From Candidatus Bathyarchaeota archaeon (GTDB taxonomy: Archaea; Thermoproteota; Bathyarchaeia; TCS64), in contig CAVYLP010000004.1 of assembly GCA_963769425.1 (NCBI GenBank), positions 128,001-192,000 on the forward strand: a DNA stretch of 64,000 nucleotides, given 5' to 3'. The notes below the pieces were generated by a model. That model worked only from the letters and a program-made list of their open reading frames with translations. It made no database searches and was not told where the DNA came from. Made by a program: the position numbers and the translations under genes. Of the stretch, positions 10,729 through 20,882 are shown in pieces (the stretch's first letter is position 1; every line of letters starts with the position of its first letter).

Positions 10729-10813
10729 GCAGGGGTTCCCGAGTGGCCAAAGGGGTCAGGCTTAGGACCTGATGGTTAGTCCTCCGTGGGTTCGAACCCC
10801 ACCCCCTGCACCA
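10729..10813 (+). tRNA. tRNA-Leu(TAG)
   Basis: Acceptor GCAGGGG/CCCCTGC, D-arm CCCGAGTGGCCAAAGGG, anticodon arm TCAGG-CTTAGGA-CCTGA, long variable arm, GGGTTCGAACCC, encoded CCA. Confidence 0.95.
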
Positions 10814-10872
10814 TTTTACTAGCGCGCGCCGCATCTGCGAACCTGATCTCTTATGGCTAATCAGAATACACG

Positions 10873-11319
10873 CTACATATCTTTCCTCTTCATAGTCGTG
10901 CAGTAGACTCGGAAGCCGATCTTCTCCCAGAACTTATTGCCACGGGGGTTGGACTCTAAGACCTCGAGACTAAGTTCTGAGCCCTTCGGGAAGTGCTTCT
11001 CCGAGATGAGGTTGAAAGAGGCTTCTCCTAAGCCTTTACTTCGTTTCTCTCGACGAATGAAGAACTGGCGGACATACACCGTTGGCTGATCGGGGAAGTA
11101 GTCGTCCCTGCCCTCCTTGTAGAGCATGTAACCGGCTTCCTCGCCGTCTACATTTATCATAACTGCACGCCAATCGCTTCTAAGAAGTCCAATCATCCTG
11201 TTATTTAGCTCCATTATGTTCATGGGGTTCCGACTTCCCTCGTCCTCGATGAGTTGTTTGTTCCAGTTGGCAAGGGTGGGGACATCTGCGAGTGTTGCGG
11301 GTCGGATCTCAATGTTCAT
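10873..11319 (-). CDS. GNAT-family acetyltransferase
   Basis: IRPATLAD, QFFI....RSKGLG, LEVLESNPRG.KFWEKIGF. Confidence 0.85.
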   Translation of the reverse strand: MNIEIRPATLADVPTLANWNKQLIEDEGSRNPMNIMELNNRMIGLLRSDWRAVMINVDGEEAGYMLYKEGRDDYFPDQPTVYVRQFFIRREKRSKGLGEASFNLISEKHFPKGSELSLEVLESNPRGNKFWEKIGFRVYCTTMKRKDM

Positions 11320-11558
11320 CTCAATCACGCCGGTTACCATGGGTTTTCTATCGAAGTTGTTTGACTTAAAGCGGTTATGACATGACTGGCTCAGTATTCT
11401 ACTTGTTTGCTCTAAGTGCAACAAATCCAAAGACCGCATCTGCGAACCATGCCCTAAACCGGAATCTTGTCAAGTAGGCTCATCAGTACGCGCGCGAGAA
11501 AATCCAGCAGCAGAAAGTAATGATTACTACCTTATATATTTCTTAACAAACCTCTGAA

Positions 11559-13077
11559 ATGATGATTTTCATGGCTCAAAACCCTAAGAATAAAATGTTC
11601 ATAGATGGCGAATGGGTTGACTCCTCCTCCGGCGAGAAGTTCGAAGTACGCGATCCATCGACAGGGAAAGTGTTCGAGAATGTTCCATCAGCGTCGTCAG
11701 AGGATGTCGATAAAGCGGTAGAATCCGCTAGAAATACATTCGATAATGGGAGTATGGAGTAAGGCTCCTCCAGCAGATAGAGCGAACGTCCTCCTGAAGG
11801 TCGCGTCGATGCTTGAGGAGAAGATAAACGAATTCGCGGAACTGGAGACGCGCAACTCCGGAAAATCGATCAAACAGTCAAGAAACTACGACCTACCCTA
11901 CACGATCGACAACATACGTTACATAGCTGGAGCGTCTCGCCTGCTCGAAGGCGACGCTATGGCAGAATACGTCGCAGATGGTACAAGCGCTGTGAGAAGG
12001 GAGCCCATCGGCGTCATTGCCGTGATCACGCCCTGGAACTACCCGTTGATGATGGTCATATGGAGAGCCTTCCCTGCTCTTGCGACTGGAAACAGTGTAG
12101 TACTCAAACCATCCTCCTACACGCCTCTTACCACATTAGAACTCGGACATATACTGCAGAAAGCCGGCGTACCGAATGGGGTCTTCAACATCGTCACAGG
12201 TCCAGGAAGTTCAGTCGGAGAGGATCTCGCTCGACACAAGAAAGTTGACATGATCGCTTTCACAGGCAGCACCGAAGTTGGGAAGCGACTATTGGAGCTC
12301 GGGTCGAAAACAGTGAAGAAGGTCTCTCTGGAACTCGGAGGTAAAGCCCCGTTCATAGTTCTTGAAGACGCCGACCTTGACGCCGCCACAGAGGGAGCGG
12401 TAATTGGGGGTCTCGTCAACAATGGGCAAGACTGCGCGAACTCTACGAGGTATTACATCCAAGAGTCTAGGCTCGAGGAGTTCCAAAGTCTACTCGTCGA
12501 GAAGCTAAGCAAGGTCCGTATAGGTGATCCATTTGATCCAGAAACAGATATGGGGCCGCTGATCTCCGAGGCGCAGCGTACAAGAGTCTTAGACTACATA
12601 GAGAAGGGAGTCGGAGATGGAGGCAGACTGCTTTATGGTGGGAAGAAGCCGAGGATAGCCAGACATCAAGGCGGCTTTTACTTGGAGCCCACGGCGATCT
12701 ACACCGATAACGACGACTCGTCTATCGTGAAGGAGGAGATTTTTGGCCCCGTCTTCACAGTCCTCAAGACTTCAGATTTAGAGGACGCTGTACAAAGGAG
12801 TAATGATGTGGTCTATGGGCTTGGCGCATCCATCTGGACCAGAGACGTGACGAAGGCTATGAGGGCTGTAAGGGACCTGAGGTTCGGCACCGTTTGGGTC
12901 AACGAACACGTCACAGTTCCATCGGAGATGCCTTGGGCTGGCTACAAACAGAGCGGTCACGGAGCCTCTCTATCTCGCTACAGCCTCGAAGAGTTCACCT
13001 ACATCAAGCACGTCTACTTCGATCTAACTGGCTTAGCAAGGAAGTCGTGGTATTACCAGGTGTATGGGAAGAAGTGA
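11559..13077 (+). CDS. NAD(P)-dependent aldehyde dehydrogenase, aminoaldehyde/betaine-aldehyde-like (frameshift near 11750)
   Basis: ITPWNYP, FTGSTEVG, LELGGK, NGQDC, EEIFGP, GYKQSG. Confidence 0.9.
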
Positions 13078-13132
13078 AGTATAATTAGCAAGACACAATA
13101 AATGTCGCATCTTTCATAAGAAAAAAATAACC

Positions 13133-14371
13133 TCAACATGTTAAAGCTCCATCATACATCTGGTGCATCAACACCCTCGTGTTCTCAAGTGTCAGTTTCC
13201 TAGGATTGAATCTGGGGAGGCCGTATAGATGCTGGCGTTCATTGAAGATGTACTCTGCGAACCCGTCGATCTCGCCTTCTGGAATGCCGAGTTGTTTCAG
13301 ATTAGTTGGCAGCTCAAGGTCCTCCAATAGCTCCTTAACGCCGTATACGAATCTGTTGGCCGCTTCACGCGGTGATAGACCAATTACATCGTCACCAAGA
13401 ACTTGCCTAGAAACGTATGCGAGTTTCTCGATGCATGCTGGTAGATTGAACTGTAGTATGTAAGGCAGGACAACTCCACATGCTACGCCATGGGGGACTT
13501 TCCAACGAGGTCCCAACGCTTCCGCAACGCAATGTCCCAGTATTGCTGGGCCACCGATCCAGGGGTACGCGATCACTGTTCCTCCTAGGTTCGCAGCAAT
13601 AGCCATGTACCATCTTGCCTCCAGATCGTCCCCCGTGTGGTAGGCTCTTCTCGCGTATCCGAAGACGACCTTCGTGGCTTCCAGCGCCTGAGAGTCGGAT
13701 ATTGGGTTGGCTTCTCTATCTATAAGGGCCTCAACATTGTGGGATAGGGCGTCCATTGCGCTTCCGGCTGTCTGCTTTGGTGGACAGGAGATCACCATTA
13801 GGGGGTCTACTATCGCCACATCCGCCAAGAGGTTACTGCTGGCTGCCCATGTCTTGTATAGACCCTCGATAACGACGGAGTAGTTTGAGACTTCGCTGCC
13901 GGTACCAGAGGTTGTTGGGATGAGTATCTTCGGCTTCGCCGCGACTTTGCTCTTATCTTCTATGGGATTCATATAATTCATCACGTCTCCGGAGTTCGTT
14001 AAACAGAGGGCAACCATCTTCGCAGTATCCAGCACCGCACCACCCCCCACTCCAATGACGAGGTCATAGTTCCCCTCCCTGCCGAATGTCACAGCGGCCC
14101 CTATGCTGTCCGAGGTGGGTTCAGCGGAAATCTGATCGTAGATCTCAATATCTAAGCCAGTATTCCTTAATTTGTCTGCAACTGAATCAGTTATCCCAGC
14201 TTTTTTTACGCCCTTATCAGTGACCACGAGAATCTTCTTACCTCCGAGCCTCTTAGTCTCGGGACCAATAAATTCCTGCACAGCTCCTGTGGCGAAGATT
14301 ACTCTTCGAGGTAAATCATATACGCTCACCCTGGCCACGTTCAGCCTAGTCTCATAACCTTTCAGACTCAA
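13133..14371 (-). CDS. Iron-containing alcohol dehydrogenase
   Basis: GVGGGAVLDTAK, IPTTSGTGSE, DALSHNVE, GHCVAE..PHG. Confidence 0.9.
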   Translation of the reverse strand: MSLKGYETRLNVARVSVYDLPRRVIFATGAVQEFIGPETKRLGGKKILVVTDKGVKKAGITDSVADKLRNTGLDIEIYDQISAEPTSDSIGAAVTFGREGNYDLVIGVGGGAVLDTAKMVALCLTNSGDVMNYMNPIEDKSKVAAKPKILIPTTSGTGSEVSNYSVVIEGLYKTWAASSNLLADVAIVDPLMVISCPPKQTAGSAMDALSHNVEALIDREANPISDSQALEATKVVFGYARRAYHTGDDLEARWYMAIAANLGGTVIAYPWIGGPAILGHCVAEALGPRWKVPHGVACGVVLPYILQFNLPACIEKLAYVSRQVLGDDVIGLSPREAANRFVYGVKELLEDLELPTNLKQLGIPEGEIDGFAEYIFNERQHLYGLPRFNPRKLTLENTRVLMHQMYDGALTC

Positions 14372-14428
14372 ATTACGTCTCTCCTATTGATTGTATGAAT
14401 TAGATGGGTGTTTATCGAGATTTAAAAT

Positions 14429-14449
14429 AAACATGTTTTACATGTAAAA
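14429..14449. promoter_or_regulatory. Overlapping ACATGT palindromes, candidate operator of the Fe-ADH gene
   Basis: AAACATGTTT (14429-38) overlaps TTTTACATGTAAAA (14436-49), beside a TTTAAA TATA-like box. Confidence 0.4.
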
Positions 14450-14636
14450 GATCTCAAATCCCTCATTATGGGTGCGCGCAGGTATTGCACACACACAAAT
14501 TACTAATAATAACGGGTTGGTGCCCCACCCCTGCACCAACTATTAATAAACAAAACTCCTGTGTGGATATTAGTGTCATAATACCTATGTTATTTAGGAC
14601 AGATTCTATATTGCACCTATCGCAAATATTCCACAT

Positions 14637-15260
14637 ATGTTCACAAGGGTCCTCCCTGCTATCATAGCGGGAAACCAAGAAGAGCTAGATGCTATGTTGG
14701 GGCGCCTGCTGGGCAACGTCGAATGGGTTATGCTCGATTTTATGGATGGCAGATTCGTGGCCTCCACAGCACTTATGTTTGACTTAAAATTGCCGAAAGG
14801 GCTCCGTTACGAGGCTCATCTAATGGTAAAAACGCCTATGCACAATTTGGAGGAGCTTCGAGGGAAGGTAGAGTCTGTGATAATCCATGTTGAGTCGGAT
14901 GGTTTCTCGGAGGCGCTGACCAGGGCAAGGAGCCTCGGTTACGAAGTCGCCGCGGCGATCAACCCCGGGACACCGACGAAACTCCTCGAAGAACACCTGA
15001 AAGAGTTGGACAGAGTCCTCGTCATGACCGTTGAACCAGGCAGGTACGGTGCGCCCTTCGTGCCTGCGGCTCTAGAGACTGTGAAATATCTGAGAATGCT
15101 AGCACCGCAATTACCAATCGAGGTCGATGGCGCTATGAATCCAGAGAATGCAAGAAAGGCCAAGGAAGCTGGCGCCAATATCTTCGCTTCTGGTAGCTAC
15201 ATTGTGAAGAGCCCCGACCTTAAGGGTGCAATAATGGCCCTTGAAGCAGCTGTAAGATGA
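14637..15260 (+). CDS. rpe: Ribulose-phosphate 3-epimerase
   Basis: DFMDGRFV, EAHLMV, AINPGT, LVMTVEPG.YG, IEVDG, ASGS. Confidence 0.85.
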   Translation: MFTRVLPAIIAGNQEELDAMLGRLLGNVEWVMLDFMDGRFVASTALMFDLKLPKGLRYEAHLMVKTPMHNLEELRGKVESVIIHVESDGFSEALTRARSLGYEVAAAINPGTPTKLLEEHLKELDRVLVMTVEPGRYGAPFVPAALETVKYLRMLAPQLPIEVDGAMNPENARKAKEAGANIFASGSYIVKSPDLKGAIMALEAAVR

Positions 15261-15490
15261 GATTCTTTGAATGTCGATTCCTTCGAGTGACTATAATCCA
15301 TGTATGTTGGATATGAGGGTTGATCCGTTATTGAATTATTGTGAATTGTGTTCTCCGCTTTGCCTTTTTATTAACGTTTTAAAAATAATTTCCTTAGAAA
15401 ATATACCAATCCGGACCCCATTTATTGGTAAAGTTTAAATTGGTCCTTTGGAGTGGGTTTTCTTAGTATTAAGCTGTCTCAAACGGAGAA

Positions 15491-15793
15491 GTGCTTAGAG
15501 TTTTGTCATCATCTCAACCGTGTTACTCTAGGTGTAGAGATTTTAGCTGCACAAAGAGGGCTATGTCCTTCAGAGGTAAGTCTACGTGGTGCCAATGGAC
15601 GGAGGCGGAGTGTGAGCCGACGAAGTGCACTTATGCAGTGTGCTTTAAGCGTCAGCTCCTCGACAACGGTGTCTGTGGCTTCACAATCAAAAGGAAGACC
15701 CAAGAGGATTCGGAGCCGGATACTTTCCAGTTACCTGAAGTACGTGCGAGAGGTAAACTCGCCAAGAAGGTCGGGGATAGGAGCATCTATTAG
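15491..15793 (+). CDS. Cys-rich conserved archaeal hypothetical (putative metal-binding) protein
   Basis: Eight Cys (CYSRCRDFSC..WC..C..C..C..C); start codon uncertain. Confidence 0.6.
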   Translation: MLRVLSSSQPCYSRCRDFSCTKRAMSFRGKSTWCQWTEAECEPTKCTYAVCFKRQLLDNGVCGFTIKRKTQEDSEPDTFQLPEVRARGKLAKKVGDRSIY

Positions 15794-15820
15794 CCTCCTC
15801 CTGTAAAATCAAGTTCGGCC

Positions 15821-16666
15821 ATGAAGCGGGACATCCGTAGCGAGTTGTCGGGCATTATCCCCACCGAATTAATCGGGCTTGTGCCACGTTCCTTCGACGT
15901 TATTGGTTCAAAGGGCCGAGCGGTGGCGGTCATCGAGGTACCACCTGAGCTTGAGCAATATGGTGTCGCCATAGGGGAAGCCCTGATGCGAGTTCAGAGG
16001 AACGTGAGAAGCGTCCTCTCGAAGGGGACCGAGCGCATGGGTGGATTCCGCGTACGAGAGATGACTCTCCTTACCGGTGACTCAGACACCGAGGTACTCC
16101 ACAAGGAGTCAGGATGCGTATTCAAGGTCGACCCGGCCAAGGCGTACTTCTCGCCGAGGGAGTCGACCGAGAGGGAGAAGATAACATCGCAGGTGGCTCC
16201 CCATGAGAGAGTCCTTGTTATGTTTAGTGGTGTCGGGCCATTTGCCATTTGCATCGCTAAGAGGCAGCCGACAGTCTCGTGTGTCGCTGTCGAGTTTAAC
16301 CCCGCTGGACACAGATACTGCTTGGAGAACATCCAACTCAATAAAGTAGGTGATCGGGTCACAGCCATCCTCGGTGATGTCCGGGAGGTCTGTCCGTCGC
16401 TCGGTGAAAGGTTCGACAGAGTCCTCATGCCACTCCCGAAGGGGGCATACGAGTACCTCGACGTCGCTGTTCCTATGGTTAAACCCGGGGGTATCCTCCA
16501 TTTCTACCATTGGGCACAGAGGGATGACCCCTTCACGGAGGGTGAAAGAATCCTTACAGAAGCCGCTGAAAGTTTTGGTAGAGTAGCGGAAGTAACTGAC
16601 CGCGTCAGGGTCTCCCAATATAGTCCATCCGCTTGGAAGATCAGATTAGATGCCCGTATTGTCTAG
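15821..16666 (+). CDS. Trm5/Taw2 (Met-10+) family tRNA methyltransferase
   Basis: FDVIG, HKESGC.FKVD..KAYFSPR..TER, MFSGVGPF, DRVLMPLP. Confidence 0.85.
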   Translation: MKRDIRSELSGIIPTELIGLVPRSFDVIGSKGRAVAVIEVPPELEQYGVAIGEALMRVQRNVRSVLSKGTERMGGFRVREMTLLTGDSDTEVLHKESGCVFKVDPAKAYFSPRESTEREKITSQVAPHERVLVMFSGVGPFAICIAKRQPTVSCVAVEFNPAGHRYCLENIQLNKVGDRVTAILGDVREVCPSLGERFDRVLMPLPKGAYEYLDVAVPMVKPGGILHFYHWAQRDDPFTEGERILTEAAESFGRVAEVTDRVRVSQYSPSAWKIRLDARIV

Positions 16667-16942
16667 CTACTTGTTCTCTTCCTTCTCGCCTTCCCTCTCT
16701 AGGTCGAGCGGATTGTCGAGCGGGATCGGCGGCGGGGTCGTCGCCATGGTGTAACCAATCCAGAGAACTATGAAGAGCATTATGTAGACAGCCGCCAGGA
16801 TCGGGAGTTTGAAAGCCCAATCAGCTATTTCTTGGCTGATAAATCCAATCCCTAACTGGGGACCGAAAGACCATGCGAAGTACCCGATCATTATCAGCGC
16901 GGTGATCAGCATAATCGAGTATCCAAGCGACTTATCGTTCAA
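16667..16942 (-). CDS. Small conserved archaeal two-TM membrane protein
   Basis: Two hydrophobic segments, then WIGYTMATTPPP.P. Confidence 0.75.
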   Translation of the reverse strand: MNDKSLGYSIMLITALIMIGYFAWSFGPQLGIGFISQEIADWAFKLPILAAVYIMLFIVLWIGYTMATTPPPIPLDNPLDLEREGEKEENK

Positions 16943-17127
16943 TATCTACGCCTCTCGATATCTTGTTGTGCTTAACATTATTAGTCTTTTCTTTATGAAG
17001 AATTAGATATCAGGTTATTCGACTACACCAGCTGACTAACAAGCTCCCTCTCCCCCTCCATTAACCCTCTGAGAATATAGGCAATGGTTAAAAAGGTAAG
17101 CTGGGAATTAATTCGCTTACGTGACAG

Positions 17128-18351
17128 GTGAACGCGTTGAACAACGTCTTCATCAACGAGCTTAGTCAGGTGCCCCTTCAGTCGAGGTCTCTCGAGATCA
17201 CCGAGAGGAAGGGCCTCGGGCACCCTGACACGATGTGCGACAACATCATGAACCAGATCTCAGTCGACCTCTCAACCGAGTACATGAAGAGGTTCGGGGC
17301 AATCTTCCACCATAACATGGACAAGGGCCTCATCGCAGCTGGCGAGACTACGGTAAAGTTCGGCGGTGGAAAGGTAAACAAGCCGATCCTTATCATCTAC
17401 GGGGACCGCGCCACCTTCAAAGTTGGGAACGAAGATGTACCAGTCAACGAGATAGCCGAGAAGAGCACCAAAGCATGGCTAAAGAAAAACCTCCGTTTCG
17501 TAGACCCCGACATCCATGTAAAGTTCCAGAGCGAGATCAAGCCGGGCTCAGCCGCTCTGCAGGACATCTTCAGCAGGAAGAAGAAGGGCCAGTACCTAGG
17601 CGCCAACGACACCAGCGCCGCAGTGGGCTTCGCCCCCTATACAGAGCAGGAGAAGCTCATCCTCGGCCTCGAAAAGTATCTCAACTCACGGGACTACAAG
17701 AAGGAACACCCAGAGGTCGGCGAGGACATAAAGATCATGGCCCTCCGCCGGGGTAAGAAGGTCGACCTGACCGTAGCTATCGCAATGGTTGACCGCTTCA
17801 TAAAGAGTGAGGACGATTACTTCAAGCGCAAGGACGAGATCCTCGACACGATCCATGCCTGGATAGATGACAAGGGTGGATTCGAGGGTGTAGACGTTGC
17901 CTTGAATGCTCTCGACATGAGAGGTAGGGGCTTAGACGGCCTTTACCTGACTGTGCTCGGCACATCAGCTGAGGCGGGAGACTCTGGCCAAGTTGGCAGG
18001 GGCAATAACGTGCGCGGGGTCATCGCCCTCCTCCGCCCGATGAGTAGCGAAGCCGCCGCGGGAAAGAACCCCGTCAGCCACGTCGGCAAGATCTACAACA
18101 TGCTCTGCTACAAGATAGCGGACAGGATCATCGACGAGGTCAACGGCGTCGAGGAGACGTACGTATGGCTCCTGAGCAGGATCGGCCGCCCGATAAACGA
18201 GCCGAGCGTCATATCCGCCCAGGTCATCCCCCAGAAGGGCGTCTCTATGAAGAGCCTCCAGCCGAGCATAGAGGAGATAATCGACGACGAATTCGACCAC
18301 CTCGACGACTTCTGCAGCGCCCTCGCGGACGGCCACGTCGGCCTCCGCTAG
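17128..18351 (+). CDS. mat: Archaeal S-adenosylmethionine synthetase
   Basis: ERKGLGHPDT, HHNMDK, ANDTS, GEDIKIM, SAEAGDSGQVGRGN, AGKNPVSHVGKIYN. Confidence 0.95.
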   Translation: MNALNNVFINELSQVPLQSRSLEITERKGLGHPDTMCDNIMNQISVDLSTEYMKRFGAIFHHNMDKGLIAAGETTVKFGGGKVNKPILIIYGDRATFKVGNEDVPVNEIAEKSTKAWLKKNLRFVDPDIHVKFQSEIKPGSAALQDIFSRKKKGQYLGANDTSAAVGFAPYTEQEKLILGLEKYLNSRDYKKEHPEVGEDIKIMALRRGKKVDLTVAIAMVDRFIKSEDDYFKRKDEILDTIHAWIDDKGGFEGVDVALNALDMRGRGLDGLYLTVLGTSAEAGDSGQVGRGNNVRGVIALLRPMSSEAAAGKNPVSHVGKIYNMLCYKIADRIIDEVNGVEETYVWLLSRIGRPINEPSVISAQVIPQKGVSMKSLQPSIEEIIDDEFDHLDDFCSALADGHVGLR

Positions 18352-18971
18352 ACGCCTCTTTTCTCGCAGACATTTTCTAGGGGACAAACCCCGCATCGGG
18401 GTCTCCCCGGTTTACAGAACTCCTTACCCAGTCTCAGTATAGCTCCATCAGCGTAGCCATAATCCTCGCGTAGGAGCGATCCCTCGAGGGCGATTTTTAC
18501 ATCATCAGGGCCTGCCTTTTCATGCGCGAGCCCGAGCCTCTTCGTGACCCTGTGGATGTGGGTGTCTACGGCTATGGCAGGCTCCCCGTAGCCGTAGCTG
18601 AGGACAATATCGGCTGTCTTCGGCCCGACTCCGGGCAGGGTCATGAGCTCGGCTCGTGTCCGGGGGGTCAAGCCTCCGAACCTCTCGACGATCGCCCTGC
18701 TCGCGCCGATGATGTGCTTTGCCTTCTGGTTGTAGTAACCTGATGGGCGTATGAGTTGTCTAAGCACTGCTGGGTCTAGGTCGAGTATTTCCTGTGGTGT
18801 TGAGGCGACGGAGAAGAGTGCGTTAGCCGCCTTCGAGGCGTTCTCATCCCTCGTCCTCTGGGATAGTATGCAGCCGATAAGCGCCCTGAAGGGTTCCTCG
18901 GGGCTAACCCTGAAGGCGTCCTCACCGTAGTGCCCCTTAAGGGCCTTCAACACCGTCTCAGCTCTGTTCAA
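18348..18971 (-). CDS. nth: Endonuclease III
   Basis: ILSQRTRD, HhH LPGVGPKTA, VDTH, C-terminal C..C..CP...C. Confidence 0.9.
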   Translation of the reverse strand: MNRAETVLKALKGHYGEDAFRVSPEEPFRALIGCILSQRTRDENASKAANALFSVASTPQEILDLDPAVLRQLIRPSGYYNQKAKHIIGASRAIVERFGGLTPRTRAELMTLPGVGPKTADIVLSYGYGEPAIAVDTHIHRVTKRLGLAHEKAGPDDVKIALEGSLLREDYGYADGAILRLGKEFCKPGRPRCGVCPLENVCEKRGV

Positions 18972-20397
18972 TCCCCTGCATCGCCGCCTGTAGTCGGCTC
19001 GATAGGAACCCCGGGACCGATTTACCGTTCCTCTTAGCGAGCTTCTCGATCATCTTACCCGTCCCCGATGAGTACTGCGCCGCCTTCTTTGGTCTCCCAG
19101 AAACAGCCTGAGGGAGGCCCAGTCTCTCCGCTAGGTTCCTGAGTATAATCTTACGGGGCTCCTTTCCCTCCCTCGGGAGCTTGTACTGGGGTGGTAGGCT
19201 GAGGGCGAACCTCGTGAGCTGGGGGTCTATGAAGGGGAGTCTGAGTTCAAGGCCGAGGTCCGAGCACACCTTCCAGTCCCTCTCCAGGTTCACCTCGTGG
19301 GACCTGAGAACGTCGCGGAACATGCTGGCGACCGCCGCCCTCTCATCTTTCTGGTACTCATCGGCGTACTTCGCGTAGCCCCCGAAGAGCTCGTCGCTCC
19401 CGTTCCCCGAGTAGATGACCTTGCTGGATCGAGTCGAAGCCTTAGTCGCGACGAAGTATAGGGGTGTGGCCACCCCTACTTTCATTGGGTCCGCCTCCTC
19501 CACGCTGAGCAGGATACGGTCGAGGTGCTCATCCAGATCGGTCTCGTTGTACGTCTCAATCATTAGGGGGAGGTCAAGACAGCTGGCGGCGACCTCGGCG
19601 GCTTCCAGGTCGGGGGAATCAGTTGAGCCAACGCACGTGAGGCGGAGGCGTAGCCCAACCCGCTTGAGGTAGTAACCGAGCAACGTGCTATCTATCCCGC
19701 CTGAGAAGGCGAGGGTCGGTGCGGTCTGACCACTGGCGGTCCTCGCTGCGGCATTTGTAAGAAGCTGGTCTAACTGGTCGGTCGCCTCCTCGAGGTCGAG
19801 GGGGAATGTCGACGGGTTGTCGAGCGTCGTTATAGTTTCATCTTCCAACCCTTTCGGGCTGAGTGTGACTATATGCCCCGGGGGCACTCTTGTGGGCGTC
19901 ATGCCGAGCGCGACGAGGGTTTTCATGTTGCTCGCTACCGCAGCGTGTTCATCATTTTGCCCATAATAGACTGGAACGGCGCCGATGGCATCCCTCGCGC
20001 AGATAATCTGTCCCTCTTCGACAACAGCAGCAGCCCATGATCCATCTCTGCCGGTTAGTAATTCCTCCAAACCCTTTCGGGGATTGTTCCTCAGTGAATT
20101 GAAGATGGTCAGCGGGTCGGATGACTCCCAGAGTCGTCCTATGAAGGTTGTCGCGTGCCCCGCATCGAGGATAGGCTGGGGATTATCTAATGGGTTGGTT
20201 TTGATGAGCCTGTGGCCGAGGGCTACGCCGCAGTTTAGTGATGTAAAATCCGGTGCCCCCGGTGTATGCTCTACACCGTCGGGAGTCGCCAAGCCGTACG
20301 CGTCGGGTCGTGCTCCTGATTCTTGCCTGAGTAGTCTAATCAGGCGCGGTGTGACGTCCTCACCTCTTCGGCTGAGCAGCCCAACGAGTTGGCTCAT
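18958..20397 (-). CDS. asnB: Asparagine synthetase B-like protein
   Basis: ARDAIG..PVYY, AFSGGIDS, SGNGSDELFGGY, NLERD, PKKAAQY; N-terminal Cys not evident. Confidence 0.8.
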   Translation of the reverse strand: MSQLVGLLSRRGEDVTPRLIRLLRQESGARPDAYGLATPDGVEHTPGAPDFTSLNCGVALGHRLIKTNPLDNPQPILDAGHATTFIGRLWESSDPLTIFNSLRNNPRKGLEELLTGRDGSWAAAVVEEGQIICARDAIGAVPVYYGQNDEHAAVASNMKTLVALGMTPTRVPPGHIVTLSPKGLEDETITTLDNPSTFPLDLEEATDQLDQLLTNAAARTASGQTAPTLAFSGGIDSTLLGYYLKRVGLRLRLTCVGSTDSPDLEAAEVAASCLDLPLMIETYNETDLDEHLDRILLSVEEADPMKVGVATPLYFVATKASTRSSKVIYSGNGSDELFGGYAKYADEYQKDERAAVASMFRDVLRSHEVNLERDWKVCSDLGLELRLPFIDPQLTRFALSLPPQYKLPREGKEPRKIILRNLAERLGLPQAVSGRPKKAAQYSSGTGKMIEKLAKRNGKSVPGFLSSRLQAAMQGIEQS

Positions 20398-20429
20398 ATC
20401 ATAGTGCTCGCGCGGCGGCGTGTTTCAGC

Positions 20430-20849
20430 TTATCCCTTGGCCTGTTCGTCCTCTGCAGCCTCGAGGATGGAGTCCACCTGCTCCTCCGTCAGCTTGGCGC
20501 CGTTGAGGAAGGCTCCCCGCCTCGGATCTGTGCTCAGGCATGACTTCTTGATGGGGTAGGGCCTCGCGAACCGGGTGAGACCCCTAAAGGTTAGTCCGCA
20601 CTTCCAGCCGTGCCCCCTGCTGTAATCCTCCTCCTCGGGTGCCATCTCCCAAAGCATCTCGACCTTGTCGACTATGCCGTAGCCGACGAAGGAGTCGCGC
20701 CCCTCAGCCTTCATTATGAGAAGGATGGGTGTCCCTCTTTTGTAGTCGCGCATGACGCCCGTGTAATACTTGTTTAGACGAAATACCTGCTCAAGCCACT
20801 CATCTCTGCTTATTCTTAGGATATAGCCGGGGTTCGCTAAGTGAAGCAT
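20430..20849 (-). CDS. Hypothetical protein, possible EVE/PUA-like domain
   Basis: G..ILL....SFVGYGIV..V pattern; fold assignment is inference. Confidence 0.5.
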   Translation of the reverse strand: MLHLANPGYILRISRDEWLEQVFRLNKYYTGVMRDYKRGTPILLIMKAEGRDSFVGYGIVDKVEMLWEMAPEEEDYSRGHGWKCGLTFRGLTRFARPYPIKKSCLSTDPRRGAFLNGAKLTEEQVDSILEAAEDEQAKG

Positions 20850-20882
20850 CAGTAGAGAATGATAGTAAGTATATTATAAATG

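Larger units (their letters stand above)
10788..14538. mobile_element. Degenerate islet integrated at the tRNA-Leu 3' end (no integrase)
   Basis: tRNA 3' end GGGTTcgaaCCCCACCCCCTGCACCA (10788-10813) recurs as GGGTTggtgCCCCACCCCTGCACCA (14514-14538); enclosed DNA is visibly AT-richer. Confidence 0.6.
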
